DNA from: Lama guanicoe
Lineage: Eukaryota
Assembly: GCA_013239625.1 (NCBI GenBank)
Contig: MU054220.1
Span: 1,417,509-1,481,508, forward strand
Length of the DNA stretch: 64,000 bases
Reading direction: 5' to 3'
Shown here: in pieces, positions 62,200 to 64,000 of the stretch
How positions within the stretch are numbered: the first letter of the stretch is position 1
Layout: each line of letters starts with the position of its first letter
The notes under the pieces: model-generated
The model's input: the letters and a program-made list of their open reading frames with translations, nothing else
Databases searched by the model: none
What the model was told of the DNA's origin: nothing
Made by a program: the position numbers and the translations under genes

Positions 62200-63240
62200 A
62201 GCGAGAAACTTGGGGATGGGCTTGGAAAGCAGCACGTCTTCCTAGACAACAAACAAGCAACACGCAGCGAAGAACGGATACAAGATGGAGGACAAGGGGA
62301 TAGAGAAAAGACTCCGCAAAAGACGCATGGGTGGAGCCTGACGTAATTGGAAGCAATTCTAAACTCAGACCCTTCCGCACTATTGGCTTGACGCTCACAC
62401 TTTTTCCTTTTCCATTGGCTGCTGGCTCTATCAATGGGTCAAAATAGCCAATCGTCTAGCCCCGTGGGTATAGCCCTCCCTCCCCACTGTGAGGAGGAGC
62501 CAGGAGCTCATATAGGGCCCAAGGCGCTTGCGCGGGCGCGCCCTATGCCGGTTAAAAGCGGATCCTTGCGGGAGGCGGTGTCGCAGTGTATGAATATTGA
62601 TTACGCAGCGCCGCGCCGAACGCCCGCCCTCTCGGCTGTCCGACGCTCGCGGCTCGCGCTCGAGCTCGCGATGGGGAAGAAGTCCCGGGCGGTACCTGGC
62701 CGTAGGCCTATCCTGCAGCTTTCTCCGCCGGGTCCCCGTAGCAGCACACCGGGTCGGGACCCGGAGCCGGAGCCCGACACCGAGCCGGACTCAACGGCGG
62801 CGGTGCCTAGCCAGCCAGCCCCGCCCGCGGCCCCGACGACGACGACCGCGGTGACTGCCGCCGCGGCGCTCGACGACTCGCCTTCAGAAGGTAAGCGTGC
62901 GCAAGGCGCACCGGCCCCTAGGTGGGGCGTCGGAAACTCGAGCTCGGGGCTTGCGGCCTAGGCCTCTCAGGCTCGGCACTGGGACGAAGAGCAACCCCGG
63001 CGGGCGGCGTCCGCATCCGAGGCCTGCGGTGAGCACGGCTGTGGGCCTCAGGGAGGCGGAAGGGGCTGCCGACTCGTGTGCGATCGGCCGGAGCCTACCC
63101 GGAGACGCCATCTCTGGCGCAGGGATTGGACTGGCCCGGGCACCTTGTCTACTCTGCGTCTGCTCTCCGTTTTGGATAACTTACAGGGTAAATGTGAGAG
63201 TTGTTGTTTCCGCGTCCTAGGTTTGGAGACCGTGGATCCT
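62200..63240. promoter_or_regulatory. FNBP4: CpG-island promoter of FNBP4 with CCAAT boxes and CRE-like site
   Basis: CpG-rich; ATTGG at 62346, 62382, 62414, CCAAT at 62448; TGACGTAA 62339-62346. Confidence 0.88.
62671..62890 (+). CDS. FNBP4: Formin-binding protein 4, exon 1 (coding part)
   Basis: MGKKSRAVPGRRPILQLSPPGPRSSTPGRDPEPEPDTEPDSTAAVPSQP...DDSPSE; donor gtaagc. Confidence 0.95.
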
Positions 63241-63754
63241 GTCCTTTTTTGCACGTCATCTGCTTTTCCCTTCGTTCTTGTTGAAATCGAGAGATTCTTT
63301 AGAAGTGAGCATAGCATTTTTATTACGCCAGCCAAAGTGAAAGTAACCCCTAATGGTCAGGTATCACAAAAATTCCTGGAGAAGTGGAACATGGGTTCCC
63401 GAGTACTTGTGTTTATTCCCAGAATGGTACTTGGATTAAGAGTAACCGAACAATGATACTACAGGGCCAGGCGCCGAAAGACCCCTAATTATTTCAGGTG
63501 TTTAAAAAAAAAATCACGTTGAGTAGCTCATACAAAAAAAAAATGCTCTAGTTGTGCTTGTTGTAAAAGCCCTATGGTAGCCTGGAGAAGTATTGGGGGG
63601 GGTGTTTAATCTTGGGATCATATCACATGTAATTTTTACGTACATGTATAAATGTAGACTCGAAAGGTCAAATCGAAGATTGTTTTGTCACATGTAATGT
63701 TTTCTCTGTCCCATTGTCTTACTGTAGTTCTCTTGTTCGTATTTTAAGATCCAG

Positions 63755-63847
63755 ATGAACAGGAAGTGGTGGTGGAGGTTCCCAGAGTTGTTCCGAATCC
63801 TCCTAAACCAGTCATGACCACCAGGCCCACTGCCGTTAAAGCAACAG
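63755..63847 (+). CDS. FNBP4: FNBP4 exon 2 (gene continues beyond the window)
   Basis: DEQEVVVEVPRVVPNPPKPVMTTRPTAVKAT; donor gtatag; alternative in-frame acceptor at 63749. Confidence 0.92.
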
Positions 63848-64000
63848 GTATAGATTTTATTTTTTCCCGTTTTTGTCTACTGTATCTTTCATTAGGATCA
63901 CACTGGGCTTGTGTATGGCGTGTTTTGATGAATGCTTTAGTGTTCTTAATTTATAGTTCTCAAAAAATGGAAATTTAAAATTTTTGAATGTGACGGCTTG

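Overview
Mammalian genomic DNA, very likely camelid (camel/alpaca/llama), judged from about 14 copies of a tRNA-Ala-derived Vic-1-type SINE. Positions 1 to ~21,200 are repeat-rich intergenic sequence: MaLR/ERV LTRs, L1/L2/MIR fragments, SINEs, a purine-rich minisatellite and a CTCF-like site. A CpG-island promoter at ~21.3-22.2 kb drives the complete NUP160 gene on the + strand. I traced 36 coding exons by hand (21769-59674); they sum to 4209 nt = 1402 aa + stop with the frame intact. Intron 20 is a U12-type (minor spliceosome) intron. About 2.5 kb past the NUP160 poly(A) signal, a second CpG island starts FNBP4 (+ strand, exons 1-2 in the window). I found no convincing new multi-gene system. 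The most notable details are the minor intron, a non-TE retroposed 3' fragment with a perfect TSD, a solo LTR inserted inside a SINE, a short telomeric tract replacing L1 sequence, re-use of one insertion target site, and inverted SINEs flanking exon blocks. Protein and repeat-family identifications are from my recollection of orthologues and consensus sequences, not from a database search.
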